This document shows positions 28,747 to 38,889 of a stretch of DNA of 64,000 nucleotides, one piece after another. The position numbers and the translations under genes are program-made. The notes below the pieces were generated by a model, which had not been told where the DNA came from, made no database searches, and saw only the letters and a list, made by a program, of their open reading frames with translations. Every line of letters starts with the position of its first letter. Within the stretch, counting starts at the first letter, position 1. Source of the stretch: a virus; IMG/VR virus record IMGVR_UViG_3300027772_000010, positions 1 to 64,000 of that record; one strand, 5' to 3'.

Positions 28747-29871
28747 TTAGTTTATAAATTCTAGTTTAATTTTTTCTGTTTTAACTTTTCCTGCATTTCT
28801 TTTTAAAATCTCAGCTAGTTTGCTTTTTTCTCTGCTAGCTATTTCAACTTTATCAGATTTGTCAGAAAACCCCTCATAGAGTTTGTATGCAAGGGCAACC
28901 ATTTTTTCTGGATCTGAAAGATATTCATTCAATATTTTTTTAAATCCAGTAGAATTACCTATTACTTCTCCTTTTTCATTTTTAACTTCTAAAGAAGAAA
29001 AGATAAAATCTTCTAAGTTATTCTTTTCATTTTTAGCAATAACAACATTATTACTTTTTCCTTTTTGAATAACTTCTCTTATTTTGCCAACTGTTTTTAC
29101 ATATTGTTCTCTTTGTATTTTCATATACTCTTCTTGAGACTCAATAAGTTTTTGTTGTTGGTCTTCTCTAAAAGACTGTAAATCTGATTGAATTTTAGAT
29201 GCTTGAGTAAATAGTTTACCTTTTTCAGTATATCCTTTTACAAGTTCATCAGATTCTTCTTCATCTAATCCTTTAACACTTATAAGATAATTCTTAACTA
29301 AAGCTGTAGCATTATCTTCATCTTCAATATTTACGTCAACCCAGTTAGTTTGTTCGTAAGTAGAAATATACTCATCTATATTTCCACCATTTTTTAAAAA
29401 TTTAAGAACTCCATCTACTTTAGGGTCATCAACCTTATAAGCTTGCCTTACCATTTGTAAAGCTTTTTCTTCTATAGTGCTTTCATAAGCATCAAATAAA
29501 GACTCTTCATCTCCATTCCAATCTTCTGGTAAATTAAGTAACCTTCTTTCAACTAGTTCAGAAGCAAATACTTTTAAAGGATTCTCATTATCCTCTGCAT
29601 CATCTTCTTCTGAAGTCTCTTCTTCATCTAGTTCTTCAGAATTATCTTTGCTTTTTTTATTTAAAATAGTTTTTTTCTCTTCCTCAGATAAGTCTAATTC
29701 ATCTAAGTTTTCATCATCTATTAAATCAGAATTGATAAGATCATTTTCACTTTCTTCATCTTCATTAATTTCTGATTCATTTAAGGAATCTATTTTGTCT
29801 GTTAAATTATCATCCTTGATGATATTTTCATTAAACTCTAAGATTTCAAAATCTAAATTGTTATCTGTCAT
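28747..29871 (-). CDS. Acidic scaffold-like protein
   Basis: Very D/E-rich N-terminus, helical body with 'FLKNGG'; between portal and MCP. Confidence 0.7.
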   Translation of the reverse strand: MTDNNLDFEILEFNENIIKDDNLTDKIDSLNESEINEDEESENDLINSDLIDDENLDELDLSEEEKKTILNKKSKDNSEELDEEETSEEDDAEDNENPLKVFASELVERRLLNLPEDWNGDEESLFDAYESTIEEKALQMVRQAYKVDDPKVDGVLKFLKNGGNIDEYISTYEQTNWVDVNIEDEDNATALVKNYLISVKGLDEEESDELVKGYTEKGKLFTQASKIQSDLQSFREDQQQKLIESQEEYMKIQREQYVKTVGKIREVIQKGKSNNVVIAKNEKNNLEDFIFSSLEVKNEKGEVIGNSTGFKKILNEYLSDPEKMVALAYKLYEGFSDKSDKVEIASREKSKLAEILKRNAGKVKTEKIKLEFIN

Positions 29872-29917
29872 ATTGTTAATTGTTTTATGTGGTTAATATT
29901 TTATTTGTTTTGTAGTA

Positions 29918-29925
29918 CAAAATTA
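29918..29925 (-). promoter_or_regulatory. Bacteroidota -7 element upstream of scaffold/MCP
   Basis: TAATTTTG in intergenic DNA. Confidence 0.6.
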
Positions 29926-30032
29926 AAAAAAAATTATTTTATTTTTGAATTTATTATTTTAATAAATAAATAATTTTAAAATAAATAGTTGATTTTAAAT
30001 GTTTTATATTTTTTTATTTGTTAAAAATAATA

Positions 30033-32525
30033 TTATAGGTTTTTAATTTCTTTTTCTAATTTTTTATTTTCTAATTCAATTTTTTTTAATTTCTCAACAT
30101 CTATTTCAGATTGTAAACTATTACTTTGTTTTAATTTTTCAAGTTCAAGTAAATCATTTTCTTTGTTTTCATTAATATCATTAAGCATTGCAAACCTAGA
30201 AGAACTTATTTCTGCAGCCTGTAAAGTAGTAGCATTTTTATCATCTGCCATTTGTTTTTGAAACTGCATTCTTTGTTGCTCTACTTGCATTTGCATTTGT
30301 TGCATTTGCATTTGTTGTTCTTGTTGTTGTTGAACTGCTTGCTCATCTCTCTTAATCTTATCTTCTTGAAGTCTATTTATAACATTTTTAATGTCTGTTG
30401 CATTTTCAGAAGTTAAAATTTCAGGAACTATTCTTAAGTCTCCACCTGAATTTTGTATAAGTGGTTGAATTAATCCTTTTAACTCATTGATTACCTGCGT
30501 ATCTTTAAGTGTATTTGTAATATATACTTTATAATTATAATTAGCAAAATCAACTAACTCTGTATTTAATGTAGCTACACTTAGGTCTGATAAAATATAA
30601 GAAGCTTTTAATGGGTTATCTTTATAAATTACTTTACAAATTTCTATAAAGTTTTCAGTAGTTCTTTCTTTTACATAATTATGCATATAGAACCACTTTT
30701 CTGTTTGATTAGAAGATTGTATAATATTTTGTTGATTATTACCTATAGACTCATAAGGAGATTGCATTCCTAATCTGTTAGGATTATAACTCATAGCTTG
30801 AGTCATTTTTCTCTCAATATAATCTAATAAGTTTATTTTTTGTGCAATGTCTTGAGTATGAGATAGATTTATACTTTTCCAATACTGAGGGTCAATCCCC
30901 ATACTTCTTAAATCCCCATCTTTTGAAGCACTAATCAAAGCTACTTTAAACTTCTTAATATATGTCATCCATTGTGTAGGAGTAAGGTCTTTAGGTATTT
31001 GCTCTTGTAAACCTAATAGTATATTACCTATATCAGTTTTCATAATCTCTATAATTTGATTTACAACCACATTATAAAGATACTGCCAAGGCTTTCCTAA
31101 ATCTGCAATAGATATTGGTGCAGAGTTTCTTGCAGAGTAAACTGTTCCTGTATAAGGTCCTCTTATTTGAAAAGGATTATCAATATCTCTATATTGATTA
31201 GGAATAGGTTCAATTTTTAAATAAATCTTAGGATTGGTAAAAATCTTATAACCATGCCAATATTCTGGTATCCATAGAATTTCTTGTTTAATATCTGTAG
31301 CTTTATTAAATACATAAGTCTCATCAGCAATACTCTTTTCTAAAGTATTGTTCTCATTTAATCTATAAATATATTTAATTTTTTTCAGAGTCTTCCATAC
31401 AATATGGGTTACTCTAAGTCTTCTAGTTTTATAATTATCATTATAATCATCTTGCCAAGGATCTGCCCAAGTAGGTGTATTTTCTGAATTTACACCATCC
31501 ATAAGAGCATTAGGAATTACTTCCCATACTTTAGAATCTGAAGGAGAATTTAAAGTAGATTCATATTTATCTAAAACTTCTCTTTCTTCTTCAGTAATGA
31601 TATTACCAAAATGTTGGTATATTTCATAAATACTTAAATATTCATCATAAGTGCACCAGTCAGACTCATCTAAGTAATCTATATCTTTAGACTTAGAGTA
31701 GTTAAAATATAATGGATTACAAGCTTTAATAATAGGCTTACCATTCCATTCTCCAGTCCAGTATACTTCTTCTCCTGTAATAATTACATCTTTCCAACCT
31801 TTATCAAATATACCTTTTAATCTATCTGTTCTTATGTGATATTGTAAAATTTCATCTGTTAGCTTTTCTTCAGGCAATTTAAAATGATTTGCCATGTATG
31901 TCTCTACCTCTACAGGAGTTGTTCTCTGTAAGGTTTGCTCTATTTGAGAATCTAGACTTTGCTGTAATTCTTCTAATTTTTTTAAATATTCAGGATCTAA
32001 TGTAGGGTCCATATTAGCCCTAGCCTCTTGAATTTTTTTAGCATTATCTGCTTTTATCTTTGTTAGTAATTGTTCTTTTACTATTTTTGAAGTATTTTCT
32101 ATTAACAACTCTTTGCGAGTTTTTTGTCTAACAGCCTCACTATTAGAACTAGTTGTAACTACTCTTAAGTTAAAAGGCCTTTTAATCTCTTCTCCCTCTA
32201 AATCATTTAACACATTTTGTAGTATAGGGAAATGAATATAGTCACTTTGGTTAAATTCCATTTCTGGAATATCAACTCCTAGTTCTGTAGAAATAACTCT
32301 ACCAGTATCTAAGTAACTATCAAAGTCCATTCTACCATTAAATAACTCATAGTTTATTTTGAACTTTTCTTTTCTTTCATTATAAAAATTATATTGGTTA
32401 GCAAAAAAATCCATTTTTGCTCTAGCCCATTCATAATTATTTGCTATTTTTTTATTATAGGAATATCTATCAGTGCCTACTTGAGACAAAAGTACACCAC
32501 TAACATAATTTTCATTTACTACCAT
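30033..32525 (-). CDS. Portal protein
   Basis: 830 aa; 'NYELFNG', 'LEGEEIKRPF', 'KPWQYLYN'; Q-rich C-terminal coiled-coil barrel; directly after TerL. Confidence 0.9.
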   Translation of the reverse strand: MVVNENYVSGVLLSQVGTDRYSYNKKIANNYEWARAKMDFFANQYNFYNERKEKFKINYELFNGRMDFDSYLDTGRVISTELGVDIPEMEFNQSDYIHFPILQNVLNDLEGEEIKRPFNLRVVTTSSNSEAVRQKTRKELLIENTSKIVKEQLLTKIKADNAKKIQEARANMDPTLDPEYLKKLEELQQSLDSQIEQTLQRTTPVEVETYMANHFKLPEEKLTDEILQYHIRTDRLKGIFDKGWKDVIITGEEVYWTGEWNGKPIIKACNPLYFNYSKSKDIDYLDESDWCTYDEYLSIYEIYQHFGNIITEEEREVLDKYESTLNSPSDSKVWEVIPNALMDGVNSENTPTWADPWQDDYNDNYKTRRLRVTHIVWKTLKKIKYIYRLNENNTLEKSIADETYVFNKATDIKQEILWIPEYWHGYKIFTNPKIYLKIEPIPNQYRDIDNPFQIRGPYTGTVYSARNSAPISIADLGKPWQYLYNVVVNQIIEIMKTDIGNILLGLQEQIPKDLTPTQWMTYIKKFKVALISASKDGDLRSMGIDPQYWKSINLSHTQDIAQKINLLDYIERKMTQAMSYNPNRLGMQSPYESIGNNQQNIIQSSNQTEKWFYMHNYVKERTTENFIEICKVIYKDNPLKASYILSDLSVATLNTELVDFANYNYKVYITNTLKDTQVINELKGLIQPLIQNSGGDLRIVPEILTSENATDIKNVINRLQEDKIKRDEQAVQQQQEQQMQMQQMQMQVEQQRMQFQKQMADDKNATTLQAAEISSSRFAMLNDINENKENDLLELEKLKQSNSLQSEIDVEKLKKIELENKKLEKEIKNL

Positions 32526-32544
32526 GTAATAATAATTTAATCTA

Positions 32545-32552
32545 CAAAATTA
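32545..32552 (-). promoter_or_regulatory. Bacteroidota -7 element upstream of portal
   Basis: TAATTTTG in a 35-bp gap. Confidence 0.55.
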
Positions 32553-32560
32553 AAAAAAAA

Positions 32561-34867
32561 TTAATAATTTATTAAAAGTTTATTTTTGAGCCTGTTATTA
32601 TGCAATTCTTGATAAAAATCTAAACTAGTTTTTTTAACAATATTTTCTGTCTCCTTAATAACCAATTCTTTATCTTGTTCAATCCAAAGCATTAATAGTA
32701 AAAAAGCAGATACCCTGTCAAAGTTTCCCTTATCATTGTATTGTATAAGTTCTTCTAATAGCAAATCATCTTTAATTGTATCTAAGTTTCTGACAATTAT
32801 TTCTCTATTAGTTCCATCTATTAACTCTTCAACATATTTCTTTTTTTCTTCTAGCAACCATTGTTGGGACAATCTTAGAGCATATTGCTTTAGAGGATTT
32901 GTCATAGGTACTCCTACATCATATTTCATTGTAGGGTCTTTTACAGCCTTTTCAATAATTTGTTTAGGTGTGGGAGCAAGTATATGATAGTTGCCTGTAC
33001 GCATACAATAGTTTTTAAAGTCAATAATGTTATTCTCAAACATTACTTGTGCATTAAAATATTTAGCAGCTAAAACACATTGTAAATGAATATCTTCAGG
33101 CATATCATACCTTCCTACCCACCAAGCTACTAGCTCATTACCATTGCCATCTATTGTGTTATTAGATTTGTAAACATATATAGCAGCCAATGATGTACCA
33201 CCCCCCTCATCTTTAATAGGGTCATAAATTATTTTATATAAATTAGTAGGAATTAATCCAGCAGGAGGGTGTTCATAAAATTCCCAAGCACTTTGTAAGT
33301 TAGATTTTTGGTCATGAGGGAATCTATCAATAGGTCTCAAGTCTGTATCAGCCCTAAATTTTACTCCAAAAATATAATCTTTATCAGGAATTAAACTTCC
33401 AATTGTTCTTAAGTGTTTTTTGTATTGGTACTTATCATTATTTGCTTGAACTTCCCTAAGCATAGCAATAGGAAACTTATTACCTGTCCTAGATAAAAAC
33501 ATTTCTGAAGGCTTAATAGGCCTAGACATTATTAATTCATCATAAGCTACAGTATTGTTAGCTTTTTTAGCTTTCTCTCTTTCATAATACTCATACTCTA
33601 ATGCTTTTTCTATATTAGTATTTCCATTCTTATCTTTAAACATTTCATTGGTATAATAAGCTGGTAAGAAAAATCCTATTTTATTTCTACCCTCATAAAT
33701 ATCATTAAAACTTAAAAAATCATAAGCTTCAGGATCTCTAAATATAATCTCTGTTTCAATAACTTTGTCCACATCTCCTGATGTACCAATGTATAAAGAA
33801 GACCCAAACTTACCTGTTCCCAAGTCTTGTGTAGATCTATTAGCTCCATGTATTGTGAGCAAACTATCCTCCAAACCTACCTCTTCTATTACTATTACAG
33901 TATAACGACCTCCAACTGCAGCTTGCTTATTTTCTTTAAAAGTTTCATGTTTTAATAATGTTCCTGTACCTACAACTTTTGTAGTATTTCCAATTTTTTT
34001 CTCATAATGAAATCTATATGGATTTTTAGAATTACCTACTTTTAATGTTCCAGAACTTTGTCTAGAAAAAGGAGGAGGAAACATTTCTCTACCATTTGAG
34101 TATTCTCCTGGTAAATTATCAAGAGAATCTTTAAATTTATCTAGTAAATCTGAAGATTTAGAAGCAATAGGTGCACCACAAAATATCTCTACTTTATTTC
34201 TCTTAGCTAAAAAGTCTTCCATACTTTTTGCCCCATCTGTTAAATACTCATGCTCTAATATAGCTGATGCCATAAAAGATTTACCACCCCCCCTAGATCC
34301 AAACAAGAATAAATTAGTAGAGTAGTTATCATATAAAGGTATACCTAAAGGCTCTTTATGAGTAGAGTTTAAACATTCTAAAGGATCTATATATTCTTTT
34401 AATGTACCATTTTCTTTATAACAATCTTCTGTTAAAGTCTCTAGTAAATGTAAAGGAATATCAGCATTATTAGGATACTTTAATTTTTGTTCTTTTAGAT
34501 AAACTGTATAGTTAGAGGTATAATCAGGATCATCTTTAAACCCACTAAATCCTCTAGCTATAAACCATAAGTTCATTATAGTATAATTAATATCCCAAAG
34601 AAAAGGCTTACTTTTAATCCTTTGTTTTTTTACTGTAACCATCATTGTATGATAGTTAATAAAATAATATAGTTGAGGAGGAATAAATCTATATCTTATT
34701 CCTTGTTTAGTTTCTTCTTTTCCCCAATAACCATAAATTAATCTATTCAATTCTTCTGTCCAATATATTTCATAAGCAGAACTATTAGGATGTAAGTTAG
34801 GATGGGTTTTAATAAAATCTGAATTATCCTCTATTATAGGAAATAATAAATCTGTATTTATTGTCAT
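32561..34867 (-). CDS. terL: Terminase large subunit
   Basis: Walker A GSRGGGKS, Walker B IVIEEVG, 'GTSGD', nuclease motifs 'YDP', 'FENN', 'NFDRVSA'. Confidence 0.93.
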   Translation of the reverse strand: MTINTDLLFPIIEDNSDFIKTHPNLHPNSSAYEIYWTEELNRLIYGYWGKEETKQGIRYRFIPPQLYYFINYHTMMVTVKKQRIKSKPFLWDINYTIMNLWFIARGFSGFKDDPDYTSNYTVYLKEQKLKYPNNADIPLHLLETLTEDCYKENGTLKEYIDPLECLNSTHKEPLGIPLYDNYSTNLFLFGSRGGGKSFMASAILEHEYLTDGAKSMEDFLAKRNKVEIFCGAPIASKSSDLLDKFKDSLDNLPGEYSNGREMFPPPFSRQSSGTLKVGNSKNPYRFHYEKKIGNTTKVVGTGTLLKHETFKENKQAAVGGRYTVIVIEEVGLEDSLLTIHGANRSTQDLGTGKFGSSLYIGTSGDVDKVIETEIIFRDPEAYDFLSFNDIYEGRNKIGFFLPAYYTNEMFKDKNGNTNIEKALEYEYYEREKAKKANNTVAYDELIMSRPIKPSEMFLSRTGNKFPIAMLREVQANNDKYQYKKHLRTIGSLIPDKDYIFGVKFRADTDLRPIDRFPHDQKSNLQSAWEFYEHPPAGLIPTNLYKIIYDPIKDEGGGTSLAAIYVYKSNNTIDGNGNELVAWWVGRYDMPEDIHLQCVLAAKYFNAQVMFENNIIDFKNYCMRTGNYHILAPTPKQIIEKAVKDPTMKYDVGVPMTNPLKQYALRLSQQWLLEEKKKYVEELIDGTNREIIVRNLDTIKDDLLLEELIQYNDKGNFDRVSAFLLLMLWIEQDKELVIKETENIVKKTSLDFYQELHNNRLKNKLLINY

Positions 34868-35121
34868 TCTTTAGGAGGTCCAGGTTTTATATCTTTTCTT
34901 TTACTTGTATCTGAAGGGTGGTCATTAATTCCTTTTAAAAAATTATCTATAGTAGAATTTAAATCTATTGGAATAAATGTAATTTTTATGGGATCAAAAG
35001 CAACATAATTATATTCTTCAAATTCTTTTAAAGCAAGTCTTAACTTTTTTTTTGTGTCTTTAGCGGAAATATCTCCCTCTACCTCAATAACTTTATCTTC
35101 GGTATCAATCAATATTATCAT
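34864..35121 (-). CDS. Hypothetical protein
   Basis: 85-aa ORF coupled to terL. Confidence 0.55.
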   Translation of the reverse strand: MIILIDTEDKVIEVEGDISAKDTKKKLRLALKEFEEYNYVAFDPIKITFIPIDLNSTIDNFLKGINDHPSDTSKRKDIKPGPPKE

Positions 35122-35299
35122 CTTTTACATTTAACTCTTCAGCATTTTTTTTGTCTAGTTCTTCTTGCCAAGCAGCTTGTTGAGCTTTATTATAAGTTTT
35201 CATAATACTTGAATACCAAAAATATCTTCCTTCTTTTAGGGAAAACCTTTCTCTTTGCTTTGGTTGATTATATTGATTTGGTGTGTTCATTGGGTACAT
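35105..35299 (-). CDS. Hypothetical protein
   Basis: 64-aa ORF in the operon. Confidence 0.5.
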   Translation of the reverse strand: MYPMNTPNQYNQPKQRERFSLKEGRYFWYSSIMKTYNKAQQAAWQEELDKKNAEELNVKDDNID

Positions 35300-35305
35300 A
35301 GTATG

Positions 35306-35620
35306 TTATTTAATGTTACAAATATATTTATTATAATCTAATACTAGTTCTTCATCTACTTCAATATTTGTTAAAGTATATAAATAAACTAAATCACCTT
35401 TTTCAACAAAGGTACAATTCTCTTCCTTAGAATGATTAATAAATCCACCTAAAGGTAATCTAATTAATTCATTACCAACTAATTTGTGAGAAATCCCTAA
35501 ATTAGTATCTTTTGCTATTTCTTCCCCAGCAAATAAACCATTTCCTTCTATATCACTAAAACCTATAAATAATTCTTTTGGTAAAGGTCTATACGTATAA
35601 TTTTTTGGAAGCTTGCTCAT
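35306..35620 (-). CDS. Minimal SET-domain lysine methyltransferase
   Basis: 'IEGNGLFA', 'FINHSKEENC', 'EELVLDY'. Confidence 0.85.
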   Translation of the reverse strand: MSKLPKNYTYRPLPKELFIGFSDIEGNGLFAGEEIAKDTNLGISHKLVGNELIRLPLGGFINHSKEENCTFVEKGDLVYLYTLTNIEVDEELVLDYNKYICNIK

Positions 35621-35624
35621 ATTA

Positions 35625-36161
35625 TTATTTTAATAGTTTTTCAGTAAATGATTCTTCTCTACCACCTCTAGCTCTAGTTTCAATATTTTCTGTTTGGTAT
35701 TCTTTATAAATTTTACCAAATGCTTCCCATATTGCTTTAGATTCTTTTAACATTTTATCTAACATTTCAAATGTCCTTTCGTTATAAGTTTGTTTTTCAA
35801 TAAACTTATTTCTTTCCTCTATCTTATCTTGCCAAGTTTTTAACTCTCTTTGTATCTTAGTTAAAACTACTTTAGGATACTGTTGAATTAACTCTTCATA
35901 TTTATTAAAATCAAACTTCTCATCTTCTAAATAATAAAGCTTAATGTCTTCTTCTCTTTCATCTTTTCTTAATCTAATCTTTGGACTACTAATATCACAT
36001 AATAAAAATATAGCCCACATAATTTTAGAAGTCCTAGTCTTTTCTCTACTACTTTTATAGAATGTTCTATAAGGCTCTGCATGCATAAACTCTGGATTTA
36101 CTTCCCAAAATTTACTAACATTTTTTATATAATCAAAATTCTGCATCAAATAATAATCCAT
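35625..36161 (-). CDS. Putative terminase small subunit (crAss-like)
   Basis: Helical 178-aa protein upstream of terL ending 'ARGGREES'. Confidence 0.5.
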   Translation of the reverse strand: MDYYLMQNFDYIKNVSKFWEVNPEFMHAEPYRTFYKSSREKTRTSKIMWAIFLLCDISSPKIRLRKDEREEDIKLYYLEDEKFDFNKYEELIQQYPKVVLTKIQRELKTWQDKIEERNKFIEKQTYNERTFEMLDKMLKESKAIWEAFGKIYKEYQTENIETRARGGREESFTEKLLK

Positions 36162-36540
36162 CGTTTGTGTTTTTATTATTATATAAATATAAATTCTTTG
36201 TATTTACTCTTTCTCCAGTTTCTATATCTGTAAACTCTTTTACTATAATCTCCTCACTATCATAATAGTTTCTTTTTATTTCATCACCTGTTTTAATTTT
36301 TCTAGTTGCTACTAAGTAATGACCATTTACTTTGACATTAGGATCAAAAGAATGTTTTATATATTTTACAATAGGATCTATTATATGATAATTATCTTCT
36401 AGTTGTATTGTGTATTGGGTAGGTACTTTGGATTCTTCGCAACAAATAAATAAAATATTTTCTCCTACAAAAAAATCTTTATCAGAGATAACTATTTTTA
36501 ATTTGTTTTTCTGTATTATCTTAAAATTATTATTATTCAT
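36133..36540 (-). CDS. Divergent SET-domain protein
   Basis: 'KYIKHSFDPNV', 'LVATRKIKTGDEIKRNY'; NHS changed to KHS and no N-terminal GxG. Confidence 0.7.
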   Translation of the reverse strand: MNNNNFKIIQKNKLKIVISDKDFFVGENILFICCEESKVPTQYTIQLEDNYHIIDPIVKYIKHSFDPNVKVNGHYLVATRKIKTGDEIKRNYYDSEEIIVKEFTDIETGERVNTKNLYLYNNKNTNDGLLFDAEF

Positions 36541-37045
36541 GTATTAATCTATCTTTAAAAATTTCTGACAAACTATCATGATATAAAACTATATCTTCTC
36601 CTCTTAATAATTTCTTTAATTGCTTTTGTTCTAATGGCAATTCTAACAAAAGGTTTTTAAATTTATTATTTGCTGATCTAAGTTTTAATTCTTTTTTATC
36701 ATAAATAGGAGTTTCATTAAGATCTACTAAACAGTCTATTCTTGGAAAATGAACAATAGACCTCATTGATTTATCTAAAAAACAAATTGGAACTGTAGTG
36801 TTCATTAATAAGAAAAATCCTGAACTTGAACATTCCTCAATAGGATAAAGAACTATATCTTCATAATCCTCAATAGCTTTAGTTAAAGGATGTACAAAAC
36901 TTGTATATCCACCAGGGGTATTAATAAAAAAGTTAATTGGTAAATCATTATTATTTAAAAATGTTATGGCATCATTAATTGCTGATAACTCAAAATCATT
37001 GTTAAAAATATAAGTTAATCTTTTATTATCTACAATTAGTTCCAT
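36533..37045 (-). CDS. ClpP-like serine protease
   Basis: 'FFINTPGG', 'ECSSSG' (nucleophile Ser position), 'IVHFP' (His), 'GEDIVL'. Confidence 0.65.
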   Translation of the reverse strand: MELIVDNKRLTYIFNNDFELSAINDAITFLNNNDLPINFFINTPGGYTSFVHPLTKAIEDYEDIVLYPIEECSSSGFFLLMNTTVPICFLDKSMRSIVHFPRIDCLVDLNETPIYDKKELKLRSANNKFKNLLLELPLEQKQLKKLLRGEDIVLYHDSLSEIFKDRLIHE

Positions 37046-37054
37046 GATAAAGCT

Positions 37055-37384
37055 TTAAGCAGTAATTTGTTTTATAATTCTAAGAGATATAGTAGTACAA
37101 TTACCATGAACATAAATAAATTTATCCGCAGGAGAAGATAATTCAATACTAAAAAATAATTCTTTAGATTCTCCTGGTTCAATTATTGTGCCAGTGTCAA
37201 TTCCTGAAGGAGTTGTACACCCACAACTTTTAGCTACACTCCTACAAGTAAATCTAGTAGTGCCAATATTCTTTATTATAGAAGATCCTGAAACAGTTTG
37301 ATTTTTTTGACCAGTAACAGTTACACTTGATGGTTCAAATACTATTGTAGTCAAATCATTATTTGGGTCTAAGTTATTTTCCAT
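37055..37384 (-). CDS. DUF1573-like Ig-fold protein
   Basis: 'KNIG...SCGCTTP...IEPGES' signature of a Bacteroidota-enriched family. Confidence 0.7.
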   Translation of the reverse strand: MENNLDPNNDLTTIVFEPSSVTVTGQKNQTVSGSSIIKNIGTTRFTCRSVAKSCGCTTPSGIDTGTIIEPGESKELFFSIELSSPADKFIYVHGNCTTISLRIIKQITA

Positions 37385-37694
37385 TTTGTTCTATTATTAT
37401 GTTATTTTGTGATTTAAAGTTTGACCAACTTTCTTGGTCCATCATATCAGGAAAACAAGGGTTATCTACTTTTTTACACCCTGCGGTACCATAATATAAG
37501 TCAGGAGTTTCACATCCACATTCTAAGCAGCTACCCTTTAAGGTGCATTCTTTAGCTACTTCTGCTCTCCATAGCACTTGCTCTTTTTCCCAATCAGATA
37601 AAAAACCTGCCTCCCTGAGTTGAGCAGAGAGGAAGTTTTTTATATTTTTAAAATTAATCTTTGCAGGGTTAGCTGCATTTGGATCTGCAAACAT
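37374..37694 (-). CDS. Cys-rich putative metal-binding protein
   Basis: 'ECTLKGSCLECGC...GCKKVDNPCFP'. Confidence 0.6.
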   Translation of the reverse strand: MFADPNAANPAKINFKNIKNFLSAQLREAGFLSDWEKEQVLWRAEVAKECTLKGSCLECGCETPDLYYGTAGCKKVDNPCFPDMMDQESWSNFKSQNNIIIEQNGK

Positions 37695-37703
37695 ATATCT
37701 TAT

Positions 37704-38048
37704 TTATGATAGTTCTAAAATATCCCAGTTTTCATCAAAGTCTGATTTTGATTTTTTAGAAGACTCTTTTTTATATTCTTCTTTGTCTTCACCTTCATCT
37801 TCTGACTCTTCACTCATAAGAGGGTTTTCTTCAAAATATTTTTTCATACACTTATATGATCCTTTTTCAATATCATATATGTCAACAGTTAGTAGCCAAC
37901 CATTTGTTATTTTTTCAATGCTTTTTGTAATGTCCTCTTTATCATTACTTTTAGTCAAAGTAAATGTTTCTTTGTCAGTACTTTTAGCCATAGAGTATGA
38001 CTGTTTTTCTAAATTTTTTTCTTTTACTAAATACATGTTTCCTTTCAT
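37704..38048 (-). CDS. Hypothetical protein with acidic tail
   Basis: 114-aa ORF in the operon. Confidence 0.6.
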   Translation of the reverse strand: MKGNMYLVKEKNLEKQSYSMAKSTDKETFTLTKSNDKEDITKSIEKITNGWLLTVDIYDIEKGSYKCMKKYFEENPLMSEESEDEGEDKEEYKKESSKKSKSDFDENWDILELS

Positions 38049-38052
38049 TTTA

Positions 38053-38478
38053 TTATAAATTATGTTTAACGGTTATTATATCTTCTGGGATTAAAAAAGT
38101 AAGTTCTAAAGGTTCTTCATTTTCTTCTATTTTATGACAATAGAAAGAAAATGGCATCATGCCCTGTAAATAACTACCAAATACTGGTCTAGCTTCTTTG
38201 CTAGGATCATTTCCCTCAGGATGTTTGTAACTTACAATAGGTCTGTCTACAAAATGGTCTGGAACAGATACTATATCTCCTGCAGAGTAGTCAGAGTTTA
38301 AGCCTGTTTTTAATACTTTAAAAGCATTTTTAATTTCTGTAGCTTGTTTCTCAATTCCAATTAGTCTTGAAGCTAACTCACTTTTGTAAGCATAGCACTG
38401 GATTAAGACATGTTTTTCTTTTTCAATGTTAAAATTGAAATCTGGAATACTTTTTTCTTTAAATTCTTTTACATTCAT
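38053..38478 (-). CDS. GroES-like co-chaperonin
   Basis: Pattern 'HVLIQ...KVLKTG...AGDIVSV...LIPEDII' follows the GroES fold. Confidence 0.45.
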   Translation of the reverse strand: MNVKEFKEKSIPDFNFNIEKEKHVLIQCYAYKSELASRLIGIEKQATEIKNAFKVLKTGLNSDYSAGDIVSVPDHFVDRPIVSYKHPEGNDPSKEARPVFGSYLQGMMPFSFYCHKIEENEEPLELTFLIPEDIITVKHNL

Positions 38479-38753
38479 GATTTTTGTTGTTTTGGTTTAT
38501 AATTTAATTGTTTTAATGTGTTTATAAGGTTTTTTACTTTTTTTTGGTTTCTTATTTTAAATGCTGCTCTTAATTTTCTCTTTAGTTTAAATATACTTGG
38601 GATTAGTTTTCCAAATTGTTCAAAATATATTTCCCTTTCTGAGTGGGATAACATTTCTTTTTTGACATGAGTTATATAATCTTTATATATTTCTTCTACT
38701 TCCTTCTTATTTATATTTAATCTCTCTGCAACTTGAGTATAAATGTTATCCAT
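38475..38753 (-). CDS. HU/IHF-like DNA-binding protein
   Basis: 'IYTQVAERLNINKKEVEEI...IYFEQFGKL'; basic. Confidence 0.6.
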   Translation of the reverse strand: MDNIYTQVAERLNINKKEVEEIYKDYITHVKKEMLSHSEREIYFEQFGKLIPSIFKLKRKLRAAFKIRNQKKVKNLINTLKQLNYKPKQQKS

Positions 38754-38763
38754 TAATTATTAT

Positions 38764-38883
38764 TTAACGCATTATAATCCTTAAGCCAATGTAAAGTAAA
38801 ATAAAAATTATTATTTTGTAAGGTTTTTTTATAAAATCTTCTAAATTACTTGTTTTTTTAAGCCATACATGTAGCCAAATCAT
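38764..38883 (-). CDS. 39-aa possible membrane peptide, not in the ORF track
   Basis: MIWLHVWLKKTSNLEDFIKKPYKIIIFILLYIGLRIIMR; ATG lies just downstream of a TATTTTTG element. Confidence 0.35.
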   Translation of the reverse strand: MIWLHVWLKKTSNLEDFIKKPYKIIIFILLYIGLRIIMR

Positions 38884-38889
38884 AATGTA

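Noticed and set aside
30270-30340. TTGCAT/TTG microsatellite-like repeat in the portal gene
   Set aside because: Encodes the Gln/Met-rich coiled-coil barrel common in podophage portals.
32561-34867. Intron or intein in TerL (also considered for PolA, DnaB and RNR)
   Set aside because: Frames are continuous, lengths are ordinary, and no intein-terminal or homing-endonuclease motifs were seen.
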